64,000 nucleotides of DNA, taken from Pristiophorus japonicus (Eukaryota). How positions within the stretch are numbered: position 1 is the first letter of the stretch; every line of letters starts with the position of its first letter. The stretch is taken from positions 47,926,001 through 47,990,000 of the forward strand of contig NC_091999.1 of assembly GCF_044704955.1 (NCBI RefSeq), read 5' to 3'. Both the position numbers and the translations under genes were made by a program. The notes beneath the pieces were generated by a model that saw only the letters and a program-made list of their open reading frames with translations, did not search any database and had not been told where the DNA came from. Shown here in pieces: positions 11,760-26,207 of the stretch.

Positions 11760-12690
11760 GAGGATCTATGTCCCAGCTTTGTTCAGGTGCAACCCGACTG
11801 GCTTGTCCAGTTCCCACCGCCCCCAGAAACAGTCGCAATACCACAGAAATTTAAAGTCTTCCCTCCTGCATCGTCTCAAGCCACATATTCACCTGCTCGA
11901 TCCTCCTATTTCTGTACTCACTAGCACGTGGTACTGGGAGTAATCTGGAGATTACTACATTTGATATCCTGTTTTTTAGTCTCCTTTCCAGCTCCCTTAA
12001 AACTGCCTGAAGGACGTCATTCTTCTCATTGCTGACAATATAGACCACGACTTCTGCTATTCACCCCCCTCCCCCCCGTTCCCTCACAATGTCCTGCACC
12101 CTATCAGTGACAAACCTTGACCCTGGAACCAGGCAGGCAATAACTATCCTGCAGTCACGTCTGCAGCCTCCAAACGTCCTTATTACTAGGGGGATCAAGG
12201 GGTATGGCGAGAAAGCAGGAATGGGGTACTGAAGTTGCATGTTCAGCCATGAACTCATTGAATGGCGGTACAGGCTAGAAGGGCCAAATGGCCTAGTCCT
12301 GCACCTATTTTCTATGTTTCTATGTCTGTCTATTCCCCATGTATCAAATGACCTACCACTATTGCTCTTCCACTCTTCTTCCTTCCCTTCTGTACAGCTG
12401 AGCCACCCATGGTTCCATGGACTTGGCACTGGCTTCACTCCCCAGAGCAACCATCATGCTCCTCATTAACCAGAACTGAAAAGCGGTTAATGAGTCAGGC
12501 GATTCCTGTCCTACATGCCAGTTCCTCCTTGTCTGTCTGACGATCTTCCATTCCCTCTATGCCTGCACAATTTTAAGCTGCTGGGTGACTACCTCCTGAA
12601 ATACGTTATTCTCGAAGCTCTCAGCCCCGCGGATAGACTGCATTGACGCTAGCAACTGCTCAAGCTCCGAAACCCGGTGCTCAAAATGCA
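11760..12690 (-). mobile_element. CR1 ORF1 (SGNH esterase-like) remnant, interrupted by a plus-strand CR1 3' end at about 12175-12325
   Basis: VVISRLLPVPRASEYRNRRIEQVNMWL resembles ORF1 at 42610; the insert carries the ctattttctatgtttctatg tail. Confidence 0.8.
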
Positions 12691-12859
12691 CCCCTATGAT
12701 AAGGAATCTATATGGGTAGAGCTGCAGAACACCAAAGGGCAATACACGTTAGTGGCAGTTGTGTACCGACATCCAGACAGTAGTAGTGATGTTGGGGAGG
12801 GCATCAAACAGGCAATTAGGGAGCTGGCGACACTTCCCGCAACGTGGTCATCCAGATGT

Positions 12860-13155
12860 TCCCACATGGCCCAGTATGTGTATTCCATGTGACTGTGCTG
12901 CCTGACCAGGATGTACATTCCATGGGACTGTGCTGCCTGCCCAGGATGTACATTCCATGGGACTGAGCTGCCTGCCCAGGATGTGCATTCCATGGGACTG
13001 AGCTGCCTGCCCAGGATGTGCATTCCGTGGGATTGAGCTTCCCTGCCCAGGATGTACATTCCATGGGACTGAGCTGCCTGCCCAGGATGTGCATTCCATG
13101 GGACTGAGCTGCCTGCCCAGGATGTGCATTCCAACCGACTGAGCTGCCTGCCCAA
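12860..13155 (+). repeat. 35-bp minisatellite (CCATGGGACTGAGCTGCCTGCCCAGGATGTRCATT), about 8 units
   Basis: ccatgg at 12920, 12955 and onward with 35-bp spacing. Confidence 0.95.
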
Positions 13156-13889
13156 GATATAAATTCTCTACAGACAGTTCTAGTTTCTCTGGAACATTCT
13201 TTACTCTCTTGCTTATCCTAAGCTGTATAATTAGTCGACTCCACTGCTCTGCCTCATAACCCTGCAAATCTTTGCAACTCAAATATTTATCTCTTTTGCA
13301 CGTAAAGAGTGAATCTGCCTCCACCACCCTTACAGGCAGTGCGTTCCAGGCCATAACATTTCGCTACTGAATGTTTTTCGCTCTTGTGGCATCTGGTTCA
13401 TTTGCCAATCATGTTAAATCGGTGTCCTCCGGCTACCGAGCCGTCTGACACTGAAAATGTTTTCCTTCATTAAGAGGGTTGGTGGGCTGGAGGAGGTTAC
13501 AGAGATAGGGAGTGGCGAGGTGTTGGCGGGATTTGAACAAGAGGAGGAGAATTTTACAGGCTGAAGCTACCCGCCGTCTCCCCCAGTGCAGAATGTGGTT
13601 CTCTATTAACAGGAAGGATTTTTGTTTCACAACTAAAGATGCATAATGAGGGGAAATCAATCTGTGTTCCTTTAACTAACAGCGATATGGAAAGAGAGAA
13701 ATGAATGGCCTTTAAACACCTGGTTATCGACCCCCGAAACTGTTAATTATTTCTCATTATATAACCATAGAAATTTACAGCAAGGAAGGAGGCCATTTAG
13801 ACCCATCGTGTTTGCGCAGACTGATAGAGAGCTATCCAGCCTAATCCCACTTTCCAGCTCTGAGTCCGTAGCCTTGTAGCTTACAGAGG

Positions 13890-14202
13890 CGTGAGTTCGG
13901 TGCCATTGGGCAGCGCGGGCCAGACCACACAGTGATATGTGTGCACACTAGGTCCGTGCAACAGAGCACATCTAGGATAACCCTTGCCACTGGAATAAGA
14001 CCTAGCTCTGTCAAGCCCGTGTGGCGGCTGGTGTGTAACGGCCACCACACGTTAAAAAAATTCATGCACAAGCATCTTCCACCCGTCAGGATGTAGTTTG
14101 GAACCTGGAATATTAGGTTCTTCATTGAAACATCTGTGAACTCATCCTTCTTTTTGGCGTGGAAGCAAGTCATCCTCGTTTCGACGCACTGCCAATGATG
14201 AT
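13890..14202 (+). mobile_element. SINE-like element ending in a (GAT)n tail
   Basis: Ends ggaagcaagtcatcctcg...actgccaatgatgat. A related tail occurs on the minus strand at 37810-37920. Confidence 0.55.
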
Positions 14203-14790
14203 ACTTTGTATCGGGTGAGAATGCAATGTGTTGTGTGAGTACAGATTAACATTTGTCCGTATATGTTGTTTTGTGTGGGTACACTTTGTATTGTGTGAAG
14301 TCACGATATATTGTGTGAGTAGAACTTGTGTTGCATGAGTACAGCTTGTGTTGCGTGACTACATCTTGTATTGTGGGAGTACACCATGTATTTATAAGTA
14401 AAGCTTTTATTGTGTGAGCACACCTTGTATTGTGTGCGTACTGACTTTGTTGTATGAATACAGCTTATATAGTGTGAGTATTGATATTATGGTGTGAGTT
14501 TACATTTTATATCGAGTGAGTATAACTTTTATGATATGAGCACACGTTTTATCGTGTAAGTACATCTTGTATTGTGAAAGTAAAGCTTTTGTTGTATGTG
14601 TACTCCTTGTATTGTATGAGCACCCCTTTTACTGTATGTGTACACCTTTTATTATGTGAGTACACCTTGGTGTTGTGTGCGTAAACCTTGTAATGTGTAT
14701 GTACACCTTGTATTGTGTGAGAATAGATTGTATTGCGTAATTTCAGCTTGTATTGTATAAGTACAACATGTATTATGTGAGTAAACCTTG
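14203..14790 (+). repeat. About 21-bp degenerate minisatellite (TTGTATTGTGTGAGTACACC), left part
   Basis: Tandem units visible directly. Confidence 0.9.
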
Positions 14791-17700
14791 CTCTCTGATC
14801 GGGAGGAGCATCAGTTGGAGGAGCTAGAGGGAATGGGAGGATCGAGGCGGATAAAAGTTCTGCGGCAGATCGTCAGGAAGAGCAGTCGCAGGAACAGCTG
14901 GTGTAGCGTCAAAAATCAAAAAGCAAAATAGAAGTAAAAAGAAATCGAAGGGTAATGTCACAGCCAAGCGGGTAAGTTTTTGGCTGGTTGATTGGTAAGC
15001 ATTTTTTCTTTATCTTTTTCTTTTCTCATCAGTAGGAAACCTTTGGCATTGTTGCCAAATTATGTTAATCTAAAGGTTAAGTCATGGCAGGAGAGCCCAG
15101 AGCCGTGTCCTGCTCCTCCTGTGGTATGTGGGAAGTCAGGGACACTGGCTACTATGTGTGCGTGAAGTGTGTCGAGCTACAGCTCCTGTCAGGTCACATT
15201 GAGGCACTGGAGCTGTGCATGGATTCACTCTGGAGCATCCGCGATGCTGAGGATGTCTTGGATAGCATGTTTAGTGAGTTGGTCACACAGCAGGTAAAGA
15301 TGACACAGACAGATAGGGAATGGGTGACCATCAGGAAGAGCAGGGGACGGAAGGTAGGGCAGATATACAGTTTTGGATACTGTTGAGGATGGTGGCTCAT
15401 CAGGGAAAGGGAGCAGCAGCCAAGTTCATGGCAGCAGGGGTAACTGTGCTGCGCAGGTGAACTGGAAAAAGAGTGGAAGGTATATAGTGAGAGGAGATTC
15501 CATTATAAGTGGGAGAGATAGGCGTTTCTGCGGCCGCAAACGAGACTCCAGAGTGGTATGTTGCCTCCCTGGTGCAAGGGTCAAGGGTGTCTTGGAGCGG
15601 GTGCAGGGCATTGTGGAGGGGAAGGATGAACAGCCAACTATCGTGGTGCATATAGGTACCAACAATTCAGGTAAAAAACTGGATGACATTCTACAAGCTG
15701 AATTTAGGGAGCTAGGAGTTAAGTTTAAAAGTCGGGGCTCAAAGGTAGAATCTCAGGATTGCAATCAGTGCCACGTGCTATTCAGAGTTGGAACAGCAGG
15801 ATAGTTCAAATGAATACGTGGCTTGAGGACTGGGGCAAGGGGGAGGTATTCAAATTCCTGGGACATTGGAACTGGTTCTGTGGGAGATGGGACCAGTACA
15901 AACCGGATGGTCTGCACCTGGGCAGGACCGGGACCGAGGTCCTCGGTGGTGTGTTTGCTAGTGCTGTTGACGAGGGTTTAACCGAATATGGCAGGGGGAT
16001 GGGGATCTATTTAGGGAGGCAGAGGGAAGTAAAAAGGCGGCAGAAGTAAAAGATAGGAAGGAGAAAAGTAAGAGTGGAGGGCAGAGAAATCAAAAAGCGA
16101 CATATTAAAATATAATTCTAAAGGACAAAGAGTTTTAAAAAAACAAGCCTGAAGGCTTTGAGTCTCAATGCGAGGAGCATTCATAATAAGGTGGATGAAT
16201 TAATAGCGCAGATTGCTTTTAACGGATATAATGTAATTGGGAATTTCGGAGACATGGCTCCAGGGTAACCAGGGCTGGGAACACAACATCCATTGGTATT
16301 CAATATTCAGGAAGGATAGACAGAAAGGAAAAGCAGGTGGGGTAGCGTTACTGATTAAAGAGGAGATTAACACAATAGTAAGGCAGGACATTACCTTGAG
16401 TGATGTGGAATCTATATGGATAGAGCTGCGAAACACCAAAGGTCAGAAAATGTTTTCGGTAATTATGTACAGACCACCAAACAGTAGTAGTGAGCGTTAG
16501 GATGGCAAGAAACAGGAAATTAGGGATGCGTGCAATACAGGTACAGCAGTTATCATTGATGACTTAAATCTACATATGGACTGGGTAACCAAACTGGTAG
16601 CAGTACTGTGGAGGAGGATTTCCTGGAGTGTATTTGGGATGGTTTTCTATACCAATATGTCGATGAATCAACTAAAGAGCAGTCCATCCTAGACTGGGTC
16701 TTGTGTAATGAGGAAGGATTAATTAGCAATCTTGTCATGCGAGGGGAAGAGTGACCATAATATGGTATAATTCTTCATTAAGAAGGATAATGTCACAGTT
16801 AATCCAGAGTCTAGGGTCCTGAACTTAAAGAAAGGTAAGTTCGATGGTATGAGACATGAATTGGCTAGGATAGAGTGGCGAATGATACTTAAAGGGTTGA
16901 TGGTAGATAGGCAATGGCAGACATTTAAAGATCACATGGATGAACTACAACAATTGTACATCCCTGTCTGGCATTAAAATAAAACGGGGATGAAGGCTCA
17001 GCCGTGGTTAACACGGGGAATTGTGGATATTGTTAAATCCAAGGAAGAGGCACATAAATTGGCCAGAAAAAGTAGCAAACCTGAGGACTGGAAGAAGTTT
17101 AGAATTCAGTAGAGAAAGACAAAGGGTTTAATTTTGAGGGGTAGTGGGATACCGCAAGTTTCAGTGCTGGGACCCCAACTATTTACAATATATATTAATG
17201 ATTTAGACGAAGGAATTGAAGGTAATATCTCCAACTTTGCAGATAACACTAAGCTGGGTGGCAGTGTGAGCTGTGAGGAGGATACTAAGAGGCTGCAGGT
17301 TGAATTCGCCGGATAAGTGAGTGGAAAAATGCATGGCAGATTGAGTAAAATATGGAGAAGTGTGAGCTTATCCACTTTGGTGGCAAACATAGGAAGGCAA
17401 ATTATTATCTGAATCGTGAAATATTTGTAAAAGGGGAGGTGCAACGAAACCTGGGCATCATGGTACCTCAGTCATTAAAATAGGCAGGCATGTACAGCAG
17501 ACAGTAAAGAAAACAAATGGCATGTTGGCCTTCATAGCATGAGGATTTGAGTATGGGAGCAGGACGGTCTTGCTGCAGTTGTACAGGGCCTTGGTGAGAC
17601 CACACCCTGAGTATTGTGTGCAGTTTTGTCTCCTAATCTGAGGAAGGACTTTCTTGCTTTTGAGGGTGTGAAGCGAAGGTTAACCGGACTGATTCCCGGG

Positions 17701-18169
17701 ATGGCAGCACTGACATATGAAGAAAGGTTGGATCAATTGGCTTATATTCACTGGAATTTAGGAGAATGAGAGGGAATGTCATCGAAGTATATAAAATTCT
17801 GACGAGATTGGTCAGGTCGGATGCACGAACTTTGTTCCCGATGTTGGGGAAGTCCAGAACCAGGTGTCACAGTCTAATGAAAAGGGGTAAGCCATATAGG
17901 ACCGTGATGAGGAGAAGCTTTTTCACCCAGAATATCGTGAACCTATGGAATTCTCTACCACAGAAAGCTTTTGAGACCAGTTCGTTGGATATATTCAAAA
18001 GGGAGTTAGATTTGGCCATTACGGCTAAAGGGATCAGTGGGTATGGAGAGAAGGCAGTAATGGGGTACTGAAATTGCATTATCAGCCCTGATCATATTGA
18101 ATGGTGGTGCAGTCTCGAAGTTCCGAATGGGCTGCTCCTGCACCTATTTTCTCTGGTTTCTATGTTTCT
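14791..18169 (+). mobile_element. Near full-length CR1 (5' UTR, ORF1, endonuclease, partial RT, tail) with internal deletion, disabled
   Basis: ORF1 starts MAGEPRAVSCSSCGMWE at 15084; APE motif GISETWL; jumps near 17137 from the tether to SGIPQVSVLGP; tail tttctatgtttcta. Confidence 0.93.
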
Positions 18170-19180
18170 ACACATTGTATTGTGTGTACACACCTTGTAT
18201 TTTGCGAGGACAATCAGAGTTGCATGAGTACATCTTGAATTGTGTTCGTACACGTTGTACTGTGTGAGTAAACCTTGTATTTCGTGAGTACATTTTGTAT
18301 TTTGTGAGCACTTTGCACTTTGTGAGTACACCTCGCATTTTGTGCGTATGCCTTGTATCATGTGAGTAAACCTTGTATCGTGTGAATACATCTTGTATTG
18401 TGTGATTACACCTTGTATTGTGTGATTACACCTTGTATTGTGAATACACCTTGAATTGTGTGATTACATCTTGTATTGTGAATAGACCTTGTATTGTGTG
18501 ATTACACCTTGTATTGTGTGATTACAACTTGTAATGTGATTACCCTTGTATTGTTAGTGTACAGCTTGTATTGTGTGATTACACTTTGCATTATGTGAAT
18601 ACACCTTGTATTGTGTGAGTACATCCCGTAATCTGCCAGTTCACGTTTTATTGTGTGAGAATAAATTGGAATATTTGAGTACACATTGTATTGTGTGAGT
18701 ACACATTTTATTGAACGAGTACATCTTGTATTGTGAGAGTACATCTTGTATTGTGTGAGTACACCTTGTATTGTGTGAGTACATCTTGTATTGTGTGAAT
18801 ATATATTGTATTGTGGCAGTACACTTTAAAGCAGGTGAGTACACATTGTATTGTATAAGTAGACATTGTATTGTGTTAGCACATCTTATATTGTGCGAGT
18901 ACATCTTGTATTGTGTGAATATATTATCTATTGTGTGAGTACAGCTTCTATTGTGTGAGTACATCATGTATTGTGTGAGAATCCATTGTAATGTGTGACT
19001 GCAACTTGCATTGTCAGTTTATGCATCTTCTGTTGTGTCAGTACACCATGTATTTTGTGAGGATACATTGTATTGTGTGATTTCACCTTGTATTGTGTGA
19101 GTAGTGCTTATATTGTGTGAGTACACCTTGTATTGTCTACCGACACATTATTTTGTTTTAGTACACCTTGTATTGTGTGA
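18170..19180 (+). repeat. About 21-bp minisatellite, right part
   Basis: Same unit as 14203-14790. Confidence 0.92.
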
Positions 19181-19599
19181 CTTCAATAGAAATACAAATT
19201 GGGATGCTGGAGTTTTCCCAGCGCTCAGAGGGCGGGATCGGTGGAGAGTCAGCTATCAAAATAAAAACATTGACAGTGGGTTGGGACCGAGCACCATGCT
19301 ACTTTCCCAGATGTCCGGTCTGTAAACTCTCAGCAGACCCGCCACGCTGCAGCAGGCGAGGCAATTTAGGTCATTGTGACCTTGTTAAGAGTTTATTAAA
19401 AATAATGTTGAGCTGAACTTCCCATTTTGCCAGGTTTTCAATGAGATTCACACGGCTCGGGAAGCAGGACATCGGGCGATCTGTTACCATGAATTCATTT
19501 CTTTACCTGTTAGCTACAAATATGTTGTAATACTCCCATCTCACAGCTGTTTGTATTTCAAGATTAAAACGTCTTGCTTACTGGGTTTGGGAGGCACAT

Positions 19600-20900
19600 T
19601 GAACTTTGTGGACGTTGCACGTCCTAGGAACAATCTCTCATTGGAGGTTTCACATTCGGAACAATCTCTCACCATTGATAGATCACTTCTGTCCTCTCAA
19701 GGTCACTTGCCATGTATTACATTAGCCTTTGGCAATTTAAGCTTTCTCACCTTGCTCCTCTGAATCCCATCACGATTAGCGCCAGCACCATAATCACAAT
19801 TAACACTAGCAGCACCAACAACAACATCCTTCTCCGTAATCAACTGATGCTGCACAGGAGAGAGGGCATCAGAACTCGGCCATATTGCTGACCAGGACGG
19901 GAAGGATGGCCTGACCATGATTTACTTCAGCAGACGCTGTACATCCTGCCTGTCACATAATGCGCCATTTGACACCACTCCAAAAGAACATCATACAGCG
20001 TCGTTACAGTGCCCAAGCCACAGCTTTCACACTAGTTGCCATTGCGGGGGGTACCGTTATGTTTCAACATTCACACAGCTCATAGCATCACATCTGAAGA
20101 TGCGCATAAATCTGTCCAAGAACACAAAGTGATGAAATTAAAGGTGTCAATGTTTGACAGCACATTAACAGAAAGCTTGTATGATCATTGGCTAAACTAC
20201 ACATGCCTACCCTTGTGTGTTGTTAGTTGGTATAATTGCAACAGGATGAGGGTGAGTATGGGGCGTGGCTAGCGAGATGGAGAAGTTATAATGTAGATAG
20301 AGAGGGATAGGTGGATGTGCAAGGAAAGTTGATGTGCGTAAGAATGTGCAGGAAGTGATGGGGCTGTGGTGAGTGGCACAGCAGGATAAGGTTGAGAATG
20401 GCTTTGCAATAAAGGTTGTGATCCACTTAGATCATGGAAAGATTTGCACCACTGCAGGCTGGTCCTGCTGACGATATCACTGCCTTTGATTCCACTGCAA
20501 TGTGCAACCGTGTTGATTTGGATTCCTGGGGAGGTCGCCCCTGCCCATAGTAAGTAACGAAAACGTCTCTCTGTGCTGCATAAGAGAGCCTGGGTGAAGC
20601 CGTGCATCTTTCTGCAGTGCGTGTCACTGTTTGTAGCAATTCAATACTGTGGAACACTCAGAGCACAACTATTAAATTCAATTTCGAAAAGGACCCTTTC
20701 AGGAAACCGTCTGATGACGCGTCTCCAAATGACGTCATCAGGCCCCCTTCCTTCAAACCGCCCGAGCAATGCTCTGGGCGGGCTTAACAAGCTTAATCAA
20801 TGGATAATCTTATCGACATAACTGGCTGGAGCCAGCAGCGAGATCGGAACCTGTACGGAGCCACTGAGGTAGGCGAAATTGCGGCCATAAAACGAGCTGC
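19600..20900 (-). mobile_element. Decayed PIF/Harbinger-like DNA transposon remnant (Myb/SANT-like piece at about 20420-20620)
   Basis: Minus-strand DIVSRTSLQWCKSFHDL resembles the RT..QC.K.F.DL end of Harbinger Myb-like proteins. Boundaries approximate. Confidence 0.45.
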
Positions 20901-20965
20901 AGGTTCATTATCAGCCGCTTTACACTACCTCTTGAAGTGAAGATGTGCCTGCTTGAAATGATTAT

Positions 20966-21115
20966 GGGTGAAATTGGTCTTTCATGGTAGAGGTAATCAC
21001 TTAACAGTTTTACAATTCTCCCGGTTATCTGCCCATTGACATCGAAGGAGAAGAAATTACGATTGAGCATATAACAGGTGGCCTATTCGCTACAGCCCGT
21101 CACTAATTTCACCCC
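20966..21115. mobile_element. About 150-bp MITE-like element
   Basis: Terminal inverted repeats gggtgaaattgg and ctaatttcaccc. Confidence 0.55.
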
Positions 21116-21639
21116 AGTGTTCCTTCTGATTTTTATATTCCCGTGTTGCTAAGGACGGAGGCAATTTACAATATCCAGGTGTATATATCGCCTGGTATAC
21201 GCAGTGCCTGACATTCAGTGTCTAACACCTGAGATGATATCTTCGGCCCTGACTTTCAATATTGAGGTAGGATTGCAATTTGCAGCTATTACCTAAAACT
21301 GGCATCGCTGATCACTTGTCCTTATGGAAGCTGGTCGATTTTCATTTCCAGCACCAACACCAAGCTGCTCAGTTGGGATCGACCTTTTGTGTTCCACGTT
21401 CTACATATCTCAATCAATGCAAGCAGTCTGTTTCTCGCTCCCTTGTCTTATCTTTTCATAATTTGAAACATTTCTATCACATCATCCCATAATTAGGGTT
21501 CAAATCAATAAAAAAACAATTTTGGAAGATTTATTGATATTTGTATACCATCATGCCAATCAGCATCGCGTGATTTTCTCTCTCTATTGCCTCACTATCC
21601 TTCCTATACTGCAATACTTTATACCGTATTCTTAACTAA

Positions 21640-22105
21640 ATCTCGTTAACCATGCTTTCCGTATACTAACTCCAACCATCAGTTTCATCCATCATGCCCT
21701 GTGCTTGCTGACCTACACGAGTTCCTGGTCGAACAACGCTTTGATTTGAACGTTCTCACCGTTGGCCAAATCCTTCCATTGCACCACACCTCCAGACTTT
21801 GTAACCTCCTTCAGCCCTACCATCTTTGATCATGAATGCATTCCTTCAATTTTGGCCTATCCCCCGTCCCCAATGTTCTTCATTCCACCATTGGTGGCCA
21901 TGCCTTCAGCTCCCTAGTCGTTAAGCTTTGGAATTCTCTCTCGAACCGTGCTATCTCTCTCTCGTCATGAAAGACGCTCCTTAAACCTATCTCTCTGATC
22001 AAGCATTTGGTTATCGTTCCGTATATTTGGCTCAGTATGATACTCCTGTGAAGCGTCTTGGGACGCTTTACTACGTTAAATTCGCAATATAAATGCAATT
22101 TCTTG
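21640..22105 (+). mobile_element. L2-like LINE 3' end
   Basis: ctgtgcttgctgacctacac...tgtaacctccttcagccctac...gtgaagcgtcttgggacg...atataaatgcaa, a typical L2 3' terminus. Confidence 0.65.
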
Positions 22106-24422
22106 TATTATATAGTTTCATTATTATCTCTTGGCTTTTATTTTCTATTCCACTAGAGATAAAATCTCGGGGTTTATCCCCATTTAATTAGTTGCTTCTA
22201 TTATTGGGGATTGCAATCTTCAATATTTTCGTTGTCGTACAGTGTGCATGAAAAGACAACATTGAAAAGTTGCACATGAGTAACAGATGGGTCCCCGGTT
22301 GTAAGGAACATTCGACATGTAAGGGTTGATGTGTAGGTCATTGGTGAGGAATTTATCATTTCTGGTGAAGGGCCTGTAACCGAAGCCAGGTTCTTTCTGT
22401 GTTCTTTATAGCTGCTGATTGAGTTGTTGTGCATTTCCATCTCAGTGGTTTATTTTCAGAGCTGCAACATTTGCAGTTTCATTTCAGAGGGTTTTGGTTC
22501 ATTTTTGTTACCCACTTTTGATTGTTATTTCTCATAATGCGCTAATTTTGGCCTTTAAATCGGATCTTTCGTCGGCTTCTAGTGGGTTTCCTAGCAGAAA
22601 TGATTGCGTTGCTGATAATGAAAGACTGAATATAAACTGAATACAGACTACATTTGTAAACCAATGTAGATATCAGACGAGAACGATCACATGTATCGGA
22701 TAGAATTTTTAAAAAGTGAGGCTGTTAAATCAATTATTCAATCAATGATTACATTTATCGAGTAAGTTAACTTAAGTGATTATGTTTAATTTATACAATA
22801 ATTATTAATTGAGAGAGTCAGTATCACTATCAAATAAGGTGAATAGTTTATTTACTGGATAGAACGTTGTTCAGGTATGGCTGCTTAGTGTTAATGGGTA
22901 ATTTCGCGATGCTCGATTCTGAGACACTCCTGATGGCCAGAAGTGGATGAGCAAGGAAGACGGGATGGAAGACATGCTGCTTGCGCGTTCAGCATAAAAC
23001 CGGGCTAGATAACCGAGGAGTGATGGCTTTGACAAGAAAATCGTTAAGGCTGAGTAGACAGAATTAGAATTTAACATGGATCATAGGACCAGTGTTTAAG
23101 ACATAATGAACGTTGAGGGAGTCAGAGGGGTCGACATTCATCGGGGAATCTGGAACAGGTCTTGAAACGGTCATTAGGGTGAGCGTTGGGCACAGGGCCA
23201 AGTCGTAGGCCAGTAGAACAAAACAAGTTTTGGCTAAGATTTATTTAAAAAGTGTACATTAGTAGCCACGCGTAATTAAATAAACTATAAATAAGTTTGT
23301 TGTTTTTGTCTTGTAAATATTATATTTAGTTGCAAAGAGAAGCTATAATATTTTAGTGATAGATGAACATTTGATATAAAAGAATAAGCTGCATGAAATT
23401 TCCATTTAAATATGTTCGCATCTACTTGAGTGTGACACAAATCTTTGAGAAAAAATTGAGATAGAAAGAGTGATGAACAGGAAATTCACGTGACATGTAG
23501 CGTCCGGATATTGGGAGATCTCAACCCAGGAGCAGCATCGGGACACCCGTTTGGTGACCCGAATTGCCGGCCTGGCGTAAATGAGGCCATTGCTTCAAAA
23601 TCACAGGGACAGCACTGATCTTCGACTTCAACTCGACCTTCCCGTACTATCACCATATCCCTTGATACCTCCAATATGCAAAAATCTATCGATTGCAATC
23701 TTGAATAATAATATGCTAAACATATTTTTGCTTGCTCTTGGTGACTAAAGGAAAGTGACTTTCCATTTTTACATGTTGGCAAATGTTTGTGCGAATTTAT
23801 TTAATTACATTAATAGAAACTGCTAACTATTTACTTACACAATTCCAGCATAAAGGGCGTTATAGCACTTTAGTTTGATGTTACACAGCTGCTCACTTTA
23901 CACTATAAAAAATCGCCAAATCTTCAACCAACTATTTTCCTCAAATTCAGTAACGGTTTCTATTTAACTAGGAATAATAATACTGAATCAGTATTGTAGG
24001 ACTGGGGTGAATTCCTACTTTTGCTGCCAGGCAAAAAGTGTGTCGCAGGCAATCCCAGCCCCTTTTGCACACCAATCTATTTTCATCGACTTTGCCCATT
24101 ATAATGATCGCTGTTTGTGTTAAACATTGAAGTAAATCGAAATGAAACGCAGCCAATGCTACACTCTTGATAAAGTATAATGATCCATCATCTCTTGAAC
24201 AGAGCATTCGCGCACACATTCCCCCTCCCATTTCTCTATCTGCATATATATATCGAAAATCTATAACCACACATATTCTCGAACTTTTTTACTTTATTAA
24301 TATTGACAGAACATGCAAGTATGTCATACTTCTACACTTACGAGTAGGATACCCACCGGTTTATAAGAACTATGGATCAACCCAGGATAATTCTCAGCAC
24401 GGAGTGCAAAAGGATAACTGAT

Positions 24423-26207
24423 GGGGCCAAATTGCCCATTTCTAGAGGCCCGTTAGTGCCTCCAGGGGTGCCAACGGGGCAAAAGACAATTTTCGCAAGG
24501 GGTGGGGGACACTCCTGGCTCCTGGTAAATTGCACGGGAATTTGGAGAACGCTTCCCGCAAGGCTGGCGCGCGCTGCAGCAAGAAGTTAAAGGTAATGTC
24601 GCCAGAGCCCGGCGACATCATCTTCCTCGTTTTGACAACTCTCGGGTTAGCACTACATGTCCCCCTCTGGCATGGTCAAAGGGTACTGCACAAAATAAAG
24701 TTCACTTGGTTGTGACATGTAAAGAGGATTGGCTAACCAGCAGAGAACAGAGTGTCGGGATGAATGGTTCATTCTCTGGTTGGCAACCAGTAACTAGTGG
24801 GGTGCCGCAGGGATCAGGCTGGGACCCCAACTATTTACAATCTATATTAATGACTTGAAAGAAAGGACTGAGTGTTACGTAGCCACGTTTGCTGACGATA
24901 AAAAGATGAGAGGAAAACAAATGTGTGAGTGGGATACAAAAAATCTGCAAAAGAACATTGAACTGCGAAGTGAGTGGGCAAAAAATTTGGCAGATGGAGT
25001 AAAATGTTCGAAAGTGTGAGACAGTTTGGCATAAAAAAATCAAAGAGCAAGTCATTATTTGAATGGCAAAAGATTGCAAAGTGCCGCAGTACTGCGGGAC
25101 CTGGGCGTAATTGAACATTAAATACAAAAGGATAGTACGCAGGTACAGCAAGTGATCAGTAAGGCCAATGGTATCTTGGGCTTTATTGCAAAGGGGATGG
25201 AGTATAAAGACAGGGAAGGCTTGCTACAGCTATAAAAACGTTTTGGTGAGGCCTCCCCTGGAACACTGTGTGCAGATTTGGTTTCCATATATACGCAAGG
25301 GTATCATTGCTTTGCAGGCAGTTCAGAGAAGTTTCACTAGGTTGCTTCCGAGAATTCTGGAGTTGATTTATGAGGAAAGGCTGAGAAGGTTGGCCCTATA
25401 TTCTATGGAGTTCAAAAGAAGGAGAGGTGATCTTATCGAAACGTATAAGATTATGATCGTGTTTGACAAAATGCATGGAGAGAGACTGTTTCCACTGATG
25501 GGGGAGACTAGAACTAGGGGGTATGAACTTAGAATAAGGGGCCGCCCATTTAAAACAAAGATGAGGAGGAATTTATTCTCTCAGAGGGTTGTAAATCTAT
25601 GGACTTCGCTGCCTCAGGGAGCTGTGGAAGCTGGGATAGTGAATAATTGTAAGTCAGAAATAGACAGTTTCTTAAACGATAAGGGGCTAAGGGGTTATGG
25701 GGAGCGGGTGGGGATGTGGAGTTGAGTCCATCATCAGATGAGCCATGAACTTATTGAATGACAATGCAGGCTCGAGGGGCCGTATAACCTACTTCTGTTC
25801 CTATTTTTTATGTTCTTATGTTCTCATGGTCCTAGCCACCATCGTGGAGCCCGTTATTCTCTTTTGGGTGCCGGGCTGCAGGGCCGGTACCACGCAGTCC
25901 TGGTTGTTTAGTGGAGACCACCAGAGGCGTGAAAAGTGCACAGAGGCCCTCCCCTTTAGGCGAAGGGTAGGGGCATTAAACCGCAGCAGCGTTATGTGGA
26001 GCATCTGTGTAGCACTGCACTACTCACCCTGTTAGCGCAGCTGGTACCGCCACTAAAATAAGTGGAACGCGCGAGTTTGCACTCCACTTCATTTGAGCGG
26101 CAATAAGCCAAATTCTGCAACCGGGGCGGGACTTCCATACTGGGCGCAGGATGTCCCAACCCCAGCTGGTTACCACCCCAATCAGGGTGCAGGGCAATTT
26201 CGCTCCG
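24423..26207. mobile_element. Non-autonomous TIR element (Harbinger-like) containing a nested CR1
   Basis: TIRs ggggccaaattgccc (24423) and gggcaatttcgctcc (about 26192-26207); GC-rich internal sequence on both sides of the CR1. Confidence 0.55.
24720..25826 (+). mobile_element. 5'-truncated CR1 (RT C-half and tail)
   Basis: LVRPPLEHCVQIWFP, RGDLIETYKIM and FSQRVVNLW; tail ttatgttcttatgttc. Confidence 0.92.

Noticed and set aside
22201-22595. Possible decayed Ig C-like exon (TYTSTLT...FSC) on the minus strand
   Set aside because: Many stops, no B-strand Cys or Trp pattern, and wrong spacing.
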